From NCBI GenBank assembly GCA_963833985.1, contig CAWIAD010000002.1, positions 2,400,001 to 2,464,000 on the forward strand: a stretch of 64,000 nucleotides of DNA, written 5' to 3'. The stretch is from an uncultured Planctomycetaceae bacterium. Its GTDB lineage: Bacteria > Planctomycetota > Planctomycetia > Isosphaerales > Isosphaeraceae. Positions 41,709-52,179 of the stretch are shown here, one piece after another. Below the pieces are notes generated by a model. The model was not told the DNA's origin. It searched no databases and was given only the letters and a program-made list of their open reading frames with translations. The stretch's first letter is position 1. Each line of letters opens with the position of its first letter. The position numbers were made by a program, and so were the translations under genes.

Positions 41709-42961
41709 ATGGCAAAACGTCCCAGTGTTCAAGAAATTCTGGAGGCGGCACGAAAGGGCGGCGCGGCCAGTCCCGCGGCCGCACCCGAACCTGTGGCGGA
41801 GCCAGCATCTGTCGAGGAAGCAGTGGAACTGGCGCCCGCCGCGGCCGACGAGGTGGCTGCGGTGGAGCCTGCGCCGCGGCGCCGGCGGCTCCGCCCGCGC
41901 ACGTGCCGACACCGGCCACGCTGGGTCGGCCATTGACGCTCAAGGAGAAGCTGGCCGCGGCCCGCGCGGGCGGCGCGGTCCAGCCGGCCGCCTCGGCCTC
42001 GGCCCCGGCCGTGGCGGCCCCGGCTGTGACGGAGGATGCCGCACCCGCGGCCCCCGCAGTGAAGCCGGCCGTCCCGCCGCCGGCCAGCCCGCTGGGCCGA
42101 CCGATGACGCTCCAGGAGAAGCTGGCCGCGGCGCGCGGCGCCGCGGCTGCACCGGCCGCCGGAACCGCTCCGGCCGCCAGGCCGGCCGCGGCCAAGGCCG
42201 CCGCTCCGGCCGCCAGGGCCGGGGCCGCACGCGTCCTGCCCCCGCTCGAGAAGATCACGGACCCGCGCGACCTGGCCGAGGCCCTGCGCCAGGCAGGAGC
42301 CAGGAAGGCCAAGGAAGCAAGCGCCAAGTCTGCCGAGGCCGCTCCGGCGAAGCCCGCCGCCAAGGCGGCTCCGGCTCCGGCCAAGCCGCAGTCGGTCCTG
42401 CCGAAGCCCAGCAAGACCGCCGCGACCGCACCGGCCGCCGGCCAGACCGATCGCCGCGGTTTCCTGATCGCCGGCCTCTTCGTCTCCTGGGCCGCCGTCG
42501 GCTGGACGGCGTTCACGGCCGGCTGCGTCGCGTTCACCGGCATGATGGGCCGGTTCATGTTCCCCAACGTGCTGGCCGAACCGCCCAGCACGCTCAAGGT
42601 CGGTGAGCCGTCCAGCTACGACCCGAACGACGTGAACGAGCGCTTCAAGGCGGAAGCCGGCTTCTGGATCGTGCGCTCGAATCGCTACAGCGGGCAGGAT
42701 ATCATCTACGCCTTGCAGTCGGTCTGCACGCACCTGGGGTGCCCCCCCAACTGGCTGGCCAACGAGCAGAAGTTCAAGTGTCCCTGCCATGGCAGCGGTT
42801 TCTACATCACCGGCATCAACTTCGAAGGTCCGGCCCCGCGCCCGCTGGAGCGGTTCAAGGTCACCCTCGCCGACGACGGGCAGATCGTGGTGGACAAGAG
42901 CCAGAAATTCCAGCAAGAGCTGGGTCAGTGGTCGGACCCGGACAGCTTCATCGCCGTCTGA
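41709..42961 (+). CDS. Rieske iron-sulfur subunit with long Ala/Pro-rich N-terminal extension, apparent indel near 41872
   Basis: CTHLGC and CPCHGS boxes; internal Tat-like DRRGFL plus TM helix; N-terminal ORF MAKRPSVQEIL joins frame 41903..42961. Confidence 0.9.
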
Positions 42962-43068
42962 TCGGCCCATCGAAGTGCTCCCGAGGCGCACCGGCGCCCC
43001 TGGACTCAGCAACTGTAGGCAGTTTGACGAGGCCCCGGTTTCTATCCGAATAAGGCAACGAGAGCCCC

Positions 43069-43842
43069 ATGCCCATCCTGGACAAGATCACCGAGACCCA
43101 GCTCTGGAAGAGTGTCTTCCGGCATCCCATGCCCACCGACCGGCGGAACCGGGTGGTGGTGATGCTGACCAACTTCTTCCTCCACCTCCACCCCGTGAGC
43201 GTCCGCAAGCAGGGCATCGCGCTGAGCTACACCTGGTGCATGGGCGGGACGACGTTCTTCCTGTTCATCGTCGAGGTCGTGACCGGCGTGCTGCTCATGT
43301 TCTATTACCGGCCGACCCTGGAACACGCTTACAACGACATCCTTGCCCTGCGCGACGTGACCACCCTGGGCATCCTCCGCGAGCTGCATCGCTGGGGCGC
43401 CCACGCCATGGTGATCGCGGTGTGGCTGCACATGTACCGGGTGTTCCTGACCGGCAGCTACAAGCCCCCGCGCGAGTTCAACTGGGTGGTCGGCGTGCTT
43501 TTGCTGGTGCTCACGCTGCTGCTGTCGTTCACCGGCTACCTGCTTCCCTGGGATCAACTGGCGATCTGGGCCATCACCGTGGGCTCCAACATGGCGCGGG
43601 CCACTCCCGGCGTGGGCGTCGAGGGCCCAGGAGCATCGATGCTTTCGCTCAACGGCGTGAAGCTGATCACTTCCGGCTCGGATGCGAAATTCGCCCTGCT
43701 GGGCGGACGAGCCGTGGGTGAGATGACGCTCAACCGGTTTTACGTGCTGCACTGCGTGGCGATTCCGCTGGCCGTCTCGCTACTGATCATGATTCACTTC
43801 TGGCGGGTGCGCAAGGACGGCGGCATCAGCGGCCCCCTCTGA
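43069..43842 (+). CDS. Cytochrome b6-type subunit (split cytochrome b, N-terminal part)
   Basis: [40 protein letters not shown]...IHF: four heme b histidines. Confidence 0.95.
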   Translation: MPILDKITETQLWKSVFRHPMPTDRRNRVVVMLTNFFLHLHPVSVRKQGIALSYTWCMGGTTFFLFIVEVVTGVLLMFYYRPTLEHAYNDILALRDVTTLGILRELHRWGAHAMVIAVWLHMYRVFLTGSYKPPREFNWVVGVLLLVLTLLLSFTGYLLPWDQLAIWAITVGSNMARATPGVGVEGPGASMLSLNGVKLITSGSDAKFALLGGRAVGEMTLNRFYVLHCVAIPLAVSLLIMIHFWRVRKDGGISGPL

Positions 43843-43943
43843 TGATGTGCGCGCGGCGTTCGCTACTGCAACGTGGGCAAGCAAGACTGTCTGCTCCAGT
43901 TCGGCCCTGGCGATTCCCCGGAAACCTCGGTCTGTAGGTGCTC

Positions 43944-45536
43944 ATGCGTCAAGACTTAAACGATAGCGTGATGGCCGGCCTGGCGTGGTATTACCTGCTG
44001 GCGGCCATGCTGAACGCGGCCGCGGCCGCCTACGTCGCGTACATGGAACTGGTCTCGGAGGGCGCCTCGCGCGTGGGGCTGGCGCCGCGCACCCGGCGGC
44101 TGCCCGACTGGCTGGCGATCGCGTTCTTCGGCCTCTACGGGCTGGCGATCCTGGCCATCCTGGGCCGGCAGGTGCTCCCCGGCGCGATCGATGTGGCGTA
44201 TTGCCTGTGTGCCCTGGCGAACTCCTTGGTGGCCATCGCCGCCGGCGCCGACGCGGCCCACTTCGCGGAATTGCGCGAGGTGGTCTCCGGCCACGGCAAC
44301 GCCGCCCCGGCGGCCACGCCCACGCTCGACGACCATCTGCCGGCGGTCGGGCTGGGTGGGCCCATCAACCGCACCTTGTGGACCCTCATCTGGGCGATCA
44401 TCGGGCTCGTCTTTCAGGCCATGGGCCTGTGCTACCTCTTCGGCGGCAAGATCATCCTCCCGCCCTTCGTCCGCGACGCCATTGATTACGTCTCCGGCCC
44501 GACCACCTTCTTCGTCGGAGCCACCATCGGCTTCGCCGCGTTGATCGCCTATCGCCGCTTCTTCGCCAACGGGCTCGTCGCGTGGTCGATCGTGAACCTG
44601 TTCCTGCTCTTCTTCGGGCTGAGCATGAGCGACTACGACTTCCGCGACATCGTCACCAAGCCCGATAACGTGCCGATCGTCGGCCTCATCGTGCTGGTGG
44701 GCTTCTTCACCTGGCTGGCCCTGCGTCGCGCCGTGATCAACGACTCCCGGATGGCCCAGGGTCTGCCCAACCTCGAGGAACTGGAGCCGGACAAGACCCT
44801 CACCTGGCCGGACCTGGTCTACACCGAGCTGATCGCCATGGTGGCGCAAACCATCTTCCTGGTGGTCTGGGGCATCGCCCTGCAAGCCCCGCTCGAGCAG
44901 CCCGCCAGCTCCACCGTGGCGCCCAACCCGTCGAAGGCGCCCTGGTACTTCCTGGGTCTCCAGGAGATGCTCGTGTATTTCGATCCTTGGATGGCCGGCG
45001 TGGTGCTTCCCAGCATGATCATCGTCGGGCTCATGGCAATCCCCTACATCGACACGAACAAGCAAGGCAACGGCTATTACACGATCGTGCAGCGGAAGTT
45101 TGCCTACCTCACGTTCCAGTACGGCTTCCTGGTGCTCTGGGTGGTGCTGATCCTGCTGGGGACCTTCCTGCGCGGCCCCAACTGGAACTTTTTCGGACCC
45201 TATGAGTACTGGGACCTCCACAAGCTGATTCCGCTGAACAACGTGAATCTCTCGGAGATCGTCTGGATCCAGCTTATGGGCACCACCAAGCCGTCATGGA
45301 TCCTGGTCCGCGAGGCTCCCGGGCTGCTGCTCTGCCTGCTCTACTTCACCGTATTGCCGGAGCTGATGCGCCGGCTCTTCTTCAAGAAATATGCCGAGCA
45401 GGCGGGCCTGCTGCGGTACATGACGCTGGCGATCCTGCTGCTGTTCATGGCCAGCCTGCCGATCAAGATGGTGTTCCGCTGGACCATCAACCTGAAATAC
45501 CTGGTGGCCATTCCCGAGTACTTTTTCAATATCTAG
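43944..45536 (+). CDS. Cytochrome b subunit IV-like protein with extra N-terminal TM domain
   Basis: TWPDLVY, APLEQPA, PNPSKAPWYFLGLQE, IPYID, FLRGPNW. Confidence 0.85.
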   Translation: MRQDLNDSVMAGLAWYYLLAAMLNAAAAAYVAYMELVSEGASRVGLAPRTRRLPDWLAIAFFGLYGLAILAILGRQVLPGAIDVAYCLCALANSLVAIAAGADAAHFAELREVVSGHGNAAPAATPTLDDHLPAVGLGGPINRTLWTLIWAIIGLVFQAMGLCYLFGGKIILPPFVRDAIDYVSGPTTFFVGATIGFAALIAYRRFFANGLVAWSIVNLFLLFFGLSMSDYDFRDIVTKPDNVPIVGLIVLVGFFTWLALRRAVINDSRMAQGLPNLEELEPDKTLTWPDLVYTELIAMVAQTIFLVVWGIALQAPLEQPASSTVAPNPSKAPWYFLGLQEMLVYFDPWMAGVVLPSMIIVGLMAIPYIDTNKQGNGYYTIVQRKFAYLTFQYGFLVLWVVLILLGTFLRGPNWNFFGPYEYWDLHKLIPLNNVNLSEIVWIQLMGTTKPSWILVREAPGLLLCLLYFTVLPELMRRLFFKKYAEQAGLLRYMTLAILLLFMASLPIKMVFRWTINLKYLVAIPEYFFNI

Positions 45537-45638
45537 AATAGCTCGGGTGGTGTGCGTTCCGCCGCGCGACCCGCCCGCCGTACTCGAAGCCGTCCACGGC
45601 GTCGAGCGCGATTCCCGTTCGACATAGGACCGACGAAC

Positions 45639-48600
45639 ATGGCTGCATCCGAGGAAACCTACCGACGCCAGCCCACGCTGCACATCATCTTCGCGGTCAC
45701 GTCGATCGCGATGACGCTGTCCATCGTGTGGATGATCATGGCCGACCACCTCCGGCCCTGGAAGCAGGTCCAGCGCGAATTCCAGGTCGTGGAGCGTGAG
45801 AAGCTCAAGGCCGTCGAGCAGGAGACGCTCAAGAAACGGGCCGGCGCCGTCCAGAGCCAGATCGAAGCGCTGGACCGCCAGATCAGCCAGGCCGAGCAGG
45901 GGGCGGCGCAGCGCGCGGCCGACCTGAGCCGGCTCGACAAAGAGCTCAAGACCATTCAGGCGCGGACCGAGAAGCTGGACACGGAACGGCGCTTCAAGAA
46001 GGCCGAGCTGGACAGTCTCCGCAGCCTCTACGACGGCATGATCGAGCGGGGAGAAGAACGGCAGGCGAAGAACTATCTGAACACGACCGTCGCCAACGCC
46101 GAGAAGCAGCTTGGCGAGCTCTCGCGGAAACTCGAGGCGTCGCAGGCGGACCTGAAGATCAAAGAAGATGAACGGGAGCGGTTGCTGGGCTACGTGGACA
46201 ACCTGGTCAAGGACCGTGAGAAGCTGACCCGGGAGGCGGACCGGGTGAAGCGCTTGATCGACCAGAAAGAGGCCCAGTATTTCGGCCTCCTGGCCTGGCT
46301 CCGGGGCCTGCCCGGCATCGACATGGCGGCCCCGCCGACCAAGATCCAGCAGATCAGCCTTCCCGATCTGACCATCAACTACAACTTCAAGGAGGTTCCC
46401 CGGTACGACCGCTGCACCACCTGCCACCAGGGCATCGACCGCGTGGGTTACGACAAGGACGCCCACGGCAAGCCGATGCCCAAGGTGTTCGCGTCGCACC
46501 CCATGGTGAACACGGGTACGACCACGGTGGACATCAAGGGTCGCGTGGTCACCGCCGGGCTCTACCTCGACCCCAACGGTCCCCACCCCATCAACGCCTT
46601 CGGGTGCACCATCTGCCATGGCGGGCAAGGCTCAGGCACGGACTTCACGTTCGCCTCGCACACACCGGCCGATCTGAAGGAACAGGATCGATGGCGCGAG
46701 GAATACGGCTGGCAGCAAATTCACCACTGGGACTACCCGATGCTGCCGGACCGGTTCATCGAGTCGAGCTGCGTGAAGTGCCATCACCAGATCACGGATA
46801 TACCCCAGGCCAAGAAGCTCCAGGCAGGCTACCAGCGGATCGTGCAGTACGGCTGCACGGGCTGCCACACCATCGGCGGAGAGGGCTCCTTCGGCCCCGA
46901 CCTGACCGACGAGCGCACGGTGGGGCCGAACCTCAGCCACATCGCTTCCAAGCTCACCAGGGACTGGGTGGTAAAGTGGATCAAGGACCCGCACGCGTTC
47001 CGGCCCGATTCGCGCATGCCCCGTTTCTACGGGGTGACCAACAACGATGCCCCGGACGACCTGCCCAAGAGTCACGCCGAGATCCAGGCGATCACGCACT
47101 ACCTGTTCTCGCGGAGCACCCCGCCAGAGGATTTCCAGGCCCCGCCCGCACAGATGGACGCCAAGAAGGGCAAGGAGCTGTTCCTCCAGAAGGGATGCAT
47201 GGCCTGTCATCAGCACCGGCCCTACGACGCCAGCTCCGTGCAGATCGCCGATCGGGGCGCACTCAATCCCGCTTACAAGCCCGATCCGGCGGCGATGTAT
47301 GACCCCAAGAATTTCCCGGAATCGGCGCGGCCGTATGCCCAGGCGGATTACGGCCCGAACCTGGGGAACATCGCGGCCAAGTTCCACATGCAGTCCGACA
47401 AGGGGCTGAAGTGGCTTTCCAACTGGATCCAGAACCCCGAGAAGTACCATCCCAAGAGCCTGATGCCGAAGCTCCAGCTCACCTTCCAGGACGCCGCCGA
47501 CATTGCTTCGTGGCTGATCACGGTGCCCGGCGAGTGGCCCGTGACGGTGGACGTGCCGCCCGTCGCGGACCAGAGCGTCAGCTCGGCCCTCAATGACCTG
47601 GTGAAGCTTTACGTGACCAAGGGCGGCTACAAGAACCGGGACGGTAAAACGGTTTCCGTGGCGCTGAGCGAGGTGGATCCGTTCGTCGCCAAGCTGGGCA
47701 CGGAAGAGAAGTTGTACTTCCTGGGAGAGAAGACGATCTCGCGTCTTGGCTGCTTCGGCTGCCACTCGATCCCCGGGTTCGAGAACGCCAAGCCGATCGG
47801 CACACCGCTCAACGACTGGGGCATCAAGAACCCCGCCCGGCTCGACTTCGGCCACATCCACGAATACCTCGAAGCCCAGGTCGAGAGTCCCGAAGGCGAT
47901 CGCGACGGGACCGCGCCCTTCTTCCAGGAGCAGCTCGAGCACGAGTCGCGGATGGGCTTCCTGTACCAGAAGCTGCACCGCCCGCGCAGCTATGACTTCC
48001 TCAAGGACAAGGAAAAGTACAAGACCTGGGACGACCGCCTGCGCATGCCGCAGTTTGCCTGGGCCAATGATCCGGCCGCCGTCGAGGAGGTGATGACGTT
48101 CATCCTGGGCCTGACAGGCGAGAAGATCAGCAGCAAGTATCTGGCGAAGGCGAACTACAACGAGGTGCAGACCGCCCTGGCCAAGGGGGGCCGGGTGATC
48201 AACCGGTATAACTGCACGGGCTGCCACGTGCTGGAGATGCCCAGGTACACCGTCCCCGAGGGGATGAAGGTGGCCGAGGCCTTCACCAACCTGAAGGCGA
48301 ACTTGCGGTCGTCGTACTCGGCACGGAACAACGATTTCCTTGCCCAGCTGTACCCCGGATTGACCTACGATCCGTCGAAGAAGCTGGACAGCGACGCCAT
48401 TGAATCGGAGCTCGGCCTCCAGCCCGACGAGGGCAAGCCGGTGACGGTCGAGGGAATGCCGATCGGCGTCTTTGAGAATGAGCTCACGGTGCAACTCTGG
48501 AAACCGGCCACGGTACGCGGCTACACCTTCAACGTCGGCGACAATGTCACGCTTGACCAGACCAAGGTGCAGAAGACGCCGGCGGTGGGTGGCGACTTCG

Positions 48601-49340
48601 CCTGGCTGTATGCGATCACGGCCCAGGAGCGCGCCGGCACCAGCTTCGAGTCGTTCTGGAACCGGCTGCCGCCCCCGCTGGTGCGCGAGGGGAACAAGGT
48701 GCAGACTCCCTGGTTCGCTCTCTTCCTGCGCGACCCATACGCCATTCGCCCGGCGGCCCAGCTGCGCATGCCGCGATTCCATTACGGCAAGGTGATAGGC
48801 GTGCCCTCGCGAGAGACCGAGGAGCTGGCCGATTACTTCGCGGCCCGCGACGGCGCCGAGTTCCCCTACCAGACGATTCCCCAGCAGCAGGTCGGGTACG
48901 TCGCCGAGCGCGACCAGACGCATCCCAACTACCTGAATGCCGGCTGGTCGATGATCGCGAACCGGGGCTCGCCGTGCATCCAGTGCCATGCGATCGGCCA
49001 GTTCAAGCCGACAGGCGGCGAGCAGGTCGTCAACGGTCCCGACCTGCGGCAGGTCGCAACCCGGTTCCGTCCCGGCTTCCTGGAGACCTGGATCGCCAAC
49101 CCGAAGCGTCTGGTGCCTTACACGGCAATGCCCCAGAACGTGGTGCCCCATGGCGCACCGCAACTGCCGGTGCCCAAGACCTTCGAGAATCAACCGATCG
49201 AGATGGTCCGGGCGATTCGCGATACCCTGCTGAACTACACGAACGTGGTCGAGCAGCAACTGGCTGCCGCCAAACCCGCGGTGGAGCAACCCGCCCCGGC
49301 TGCCGCGACACCCCCCAAGCCCACCGGGTCGGGCGAGTGA
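45639..49340 (+). CDS. Membrane-anchored octaheme cytochrome c with coiled-coil stalk
   Basis: Eight CxxCH motifs (CTTCH, CTICH, CVKCH, CTGCH, CMACH, CFGCH, CTGCH, CIQCH); N-terminal TM and long coiled coil. Confidence 0.93.
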   Translation: MAASEETYRRQPTLHIIFAVTSIAMTLSIVWMIMADHLRPWKQVQREFQVVEREKLKAVEQETLKKRAGAVQSQIEALDRQISQAEQGAAQRAADLSRLDKELKTIQARTEKLDTERRFKKAELDSLRSLYDGMIERGEERQAKNYLNTTVANAEKQLGELSRKLEASQADLKIKEDERERLLGYVDNLVKDREKLTREADRVKRLIDQKEAQYFGLLAWLRGLPGIDMAAPPTKIQQISLPDLTINYNFKEVPRYDRCTTCHQGIDRVGYDKDAHGKPMPKVFASHPMVNTGTTTVDIKGRVVTAGLYLDPNGPHPINAFGCTICHGGQGSGTDFTFASHTPADLKEQDRWREEYGWQQIHHWDYPMLPDRFIESSCVKCHHQITDIPQAKKLQAGYQRIVQYGCTGCHTIGGEGSFGPDLTDERTVGPNLSHIASKLTRDWVVKWIKDPHAFRPDSRMPRFYGVTNNDAPDDLPKSHAEIQAITHYLFSRSTPPEDFQAPPAQMDAKKGKELFLQKGCMACHQHRPYDASSVQIADRGALNPAYKPDPAAMYDPKNFPESARPYAQADYGPNLGNIAAKFHMQSDKGLKWLSNWIQNPEKYHPKSLMPKLQLTFQDAADIASWLITVPGEWPVTVDVPPVADQSVSSALNDLVKLYVTKGGYKNRDGKTVSVALSEVDPFVAKLGTEEKLYFLGEKTISRLGCFGCHSIPGFENAKPIGTPLNDWGIKNPARLDFGHIHEYLEAQVESPEGDRDGTAPFFQEQLEHESRMGFLYQKLHRPRSYDFLKDKEKYKTWDDRLRMPQFAWANDPAAVEEVMTFILGLTGEKISSKYLAKANYNEVQTALAKGGRVINRYNCTGCHVLEMPRYTVPEGMKVAEAFTNLKANLRSSYSARNNDFLAQLYPGLTYDPSKKLDSDAIESELGLQPDEGKPVTVEGMPIGVFENELTVQLWKPATVRGYTFNVGDNVTLDQTKVQKTPAVGGDFAWLYAITAQERAGTSFESFWNRLPPPLVREGNKVQTPWFALFLRDPYAIRPAAQLRMPRFHYGKVIGVPSRETEELADYFAARDGAEFPYQTIPQQQVGYVAERDQTHPNYLNAGWSMIANRGSPCIQCHAIGQFKPTGGEQVVNGPDLRQVATRFRPGFLETWIANPKRLVPYTAMPQNVVPHGAPQLPVPKTFENQPIEMVRAIRDTLLNYTNVVEQQLAAAKPAVEQPAPAAATPPKPTGSGE

Positions 49341-49532
49341 GCCCACACCGTCCATGGACCTCCGCCGCCGGCTTGCCCCTGGGCATGGCCCCCGGCGGGA
49401 GCCCATGGCTTCCCGCCTCAAAAACTGAGATGCTCTCGTAGAGCGGCAAGAGCGGCGGATCGCCCAAGGCTCGGTCCGTTCCGCCCAGGTGCCAGATGGT
49501 CAGAACAGCCTGAAATTCGTAGGAGAAACGCA

Positions 49533-50470
49533 ATGAACACACGCTGGATGCACAAGCCGGCGACCCTCGCATTGTCCCTGGGAGCCGCGCTGGCTGCGGC
49601 CGTCTTTGGCTGCGGAGGTCAGGGGACGGAGCATGGCGACGCCGTGGTTGTGCCTGATTCGACAGTGACCACCTCGAGCAGCAAGGCCCCGGCGGCGGGA
49701 GCCCCGGCCACATCGGGCGCCTCCGCGCCGGCCGCGGCCACCAGCACGGCGGCCGCGCCGGTCCGGGCGGAAGGGTTTGGCACCCTGAAGGGCCAGGTGA
49801 CCTTCGCCGGCGATCCTCCGGCGCAGAAGGTCCTCTTCGAGAAGGGCAAGGCGGCCAAGGACCCCGAGGTCTGTGCCAAGGACGCGCCCTCATGTCCGAG
49901 CGCCTGGTGGTCGATGGCGGCACCAAGGGCGTGAAGAACGTGCTGGTTTACTTGCCCCGGCCGACGAGCGTGAGCGATGAGGCCAAGAAGGCCGTCGAGA
50001 AGGTCGCCGTGGTCTTCGACCAGACCAAGTGCATCTTCGAGCCCCACGTGCTGGGCGTGCTGGCGAACGCGACGATCACCCTGAAGTCGAGCGATCCGGT
50101 GAACCACAACATCAACGCCAAGCTGAAGGCCTCCACGGCTTTCAACCAGCTTCTGGCCCCGCAGGGTACGACAAAGTTCACCCCCACCGACCCGGAGCGG
50201 ACGCCCGCGGAGGTAACCTGCGATATTCACCCGTGGATGAAGGCCTGGTGGATGGTCTTCAATCATCCGTACTTTGCCGTGACCGACGACAAGGGCTATT
50301 TCGAGATCAAGAACGCGCCGGCCGGAACCCAGAAGGTCGTGGTCTGGCAGGAGGCCGTGGACAAGAACGGCTTCGTGACCGCTCCGTCGGGTGAGGACGT
50401 GGTCGTCAAGGCCAACGACACCGTGGTCAAGGATTTCAAGGTCGAACCGTCCCGGCTGCGGGCGGAGTAA
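49533..50470 (+). CDS. Lipoprotein with cupredoxin-like motif, apparent indel near 49889
   Basis: AGGAG RBS, lipobox VFGC, DPVNHN...CDIHPWM; the halves join at CAKDAPLMSERL. Confidence 0.78.
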
Positions 50471-50520
50471 GTTTTTTCCGCGGCTCGCGGGCGGAATCGC
50501 CCGCGGGCCGGAACAAGCCG

Positions 50521-50567
50521 GGCCACCTCTCGAAACCCGCCAGGTTTCCGTGGTGGCCTCTTTTTTC
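50521..50567 (+). terminator. Possible intrinsic terminator or structured spacer
   Basis: GGCCACC...GGTGGCC stem with inner GAAACC/GGTTTC pairing, followed by TCTTTTTT. Confidence 0.4.
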
Positions 50568-50577
50568 CACTCCGAGG

Positions 50578-51423
50578 ATGACCATGCGACCGAGCTTCCG
50601 CCCCGGTACGATCACCGCTCTGGGTCTGGCGCTGCTGTCGATGGGGCCACGGCCCACGTGGGCCGCGAATCCACCGGCCGGCGCCCTGGCTGCCTGTACC
50701 AGCGCCCAGGCTGCGTATGGCACGATCAAGGGCCGGCTGGTCTGGGGCGGCAGCGAGGTTCCCGCACCGCGCGTCATGGTCGAGCAGGGGCGGGCCACCA
50801 AGGATCCGGAAGTCTGCGCCCGCAATGGTGCCATCATCGACCAGGAGCTTGTGGTCGATCCCGCGACCAGGGGAGTGGCCAACGGCTTTGCCTATCTCAT
50901 CCGCCCCCAGGGTGCCAACCCGGATGCGGTGAAAGCCCTGCTGGAACGGAAGCCGAAGGTCGAGCTCGACCAGAAGGGCTGCCAGTTCACGCCGTTCGCC
51001 CTGGCTCTCCACCAGGATCAGGCGCTGCTGGTCAAGTCCAGCGACCCGGTCAACCACAACGTCCGGTACGCGGCGTTCACCAACTCACCGTTCAATCAGA
51101 TCCTCAGCCCCAACGGGCAGGCGGAACTGAAGCTTGTCGCCGAGCGCCGGCCGATTGTCGTCGCCTGCGACATTCATCCCTGGATGAAGGCCTATCTCAT
51201 GGTCTTCGATCACTCCTTCTTCGCCGTGACCGGGACCGACGGCAGCTTCGAGATCGCCGGGGTGCCCGCGGGCGAGCAGCACCTCGTGCTCTGGCAAGGC
51301 AAAGTCGGCTACGTGGGCTATCGTGATCCCGCGAAGAAGACGCAGGGAATGCCCGTCACGGTCCGCGCGGGAGAAGTGACCGACGTGGGACCGATCAAGC
51401 TCGAGCTCGGCCTGTCGAAGTAA
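50578..51423 (+). CDS. Secreted paralogue of the upstream cupredoxin-motif protein
   Basis: Signal peptide; KDPEVCA, DQKGC.F.P, KSSDPVNHN, CDIHPWMKA, FAVT shared with the upstream gene. Confidence 0.82.
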   Translation: MTMRPSFRPGTITALGLALLSMGPRPTWAANPPAGALAACTSAQAAYGTIKGRLVWGGSEVPAPRVMVEQGRATKDPEVCARNGAIIDQELVVDPATRGVANGFAYLIRPQGANPDAVKALLERKPKVELDQKGCQFTPFALALHQDQALLVKSSDPVNHNVRYAAFTNSPFNQILSPNGQAELKLVAERRPIVVACDIHPWMKAYLMVFDHSFFAVTGTDGSFEIAGVPAGEQHLVLWQGKVGYVGYRDPAKKTQGMPVTVRAGEVTDVGPIKLELGLSK

Positions 51424-51520
51424 CGGATGAGGAACTGAACCCCCGTCCTTGCAGGCTGCGTGCTGGGGATACCGATTTCTCGCGCAGCTCTCCTCTCCTG
51501 AACCCGGATCACCGCGCTCC

Positions 51521-51685
51521 ATGTATCGCTTCGGTCGCCTGCTGCAACTCCTGGGTATGATCGTCCTCCCCTTCGGGATCGCTTCCGAATTGATGGGTAA
51601 GGTGGGATTGGGCCAGTCGCTGCTGATCGCGGCCGCGGGGACCCTCATCTTCTACATCGGCTACGTGATCCAGACCAGATCCTGA
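51521..51685 (+). CDS. Small two-TM membrane protein
   Basis: MYRFGRLLQLLGMIVLPFGI...LLIAAAGTLIFYIGYVIQ. Confidence 0.7.
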   Translation: MYRFGRLLQLLGMIVLPFGIASELMGKVGLGQSLLIAAAGTLIFYIGYVIQTRS

Positions 51686-52062
51686 CGGTCCGCAACTTCA
51701 GAGAGCAGCGGACCAGGGTTGGGTTGGCATCGTCCCAGGACGTCCTACGGCGTCTACGGTTCGGCGCACGCAAGGCCCTGCTAGCCGGTCGGCGCGCCGT
51801 GGCCATTGTGGGACGATGCCGCTTCGTTCGCCGTTCTGCCGCGCGTAAACGCAGGCGTGCTTTCCTGTTCCGATCGGATGGCCGGGCTCGGCAAGGTGTC
51901 GAACGGGTTTGCCGGCCTGGGGCCGCCCGCCCGCGTCGTCGCCCGGACCGCCACGGTATCCCCGGCGCTCGGAGGAGAGGCTTTCCCGCCCGAGGAAACC
52001 AGACCCTCGGTCCCGGCCCGCCCGAAACATCGCTTGAAGTGAGGGCGAGAATGCACAATCCG

Positions 52063-52078
52063 TTGGCAAGCGCGATGC
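52063..52078 (+). promoter_or_regulatory. Weaker sigma54 promoter candidate for the MoxR/vWA operon
   Basis: TTGGCAAGCGCGATGC fits GG-N10-GC, about 100 nt before ATG 52180. Confidence 0.4.
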
Positions 52079-52179
52079 GGAGCCTCCTTTCATCGTAACC
52101 TCTATTTGGCTGGAGACGGCAACTCGGAGCGACTTGGTACTGGATTTGCCGTTGCATGCTGGGGGTGATCTGGTGTCCA

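Noticed and set aside
39513..42961. ptsI and Rieske as true pseudogenes or programmed frameshifts
   Set aside because: No slippery heptamers or further decay; the breaks share the GCGC context seen window-wide, pointing to sequencing error.
46632..49421. 929-aa minus-strand ORF (also 59071..61818, 54511..55977, 56643..58031)
   Set aside because: Antisense shadows of clear plus-strand genes, expected with high-GC codon bias; no motifs.
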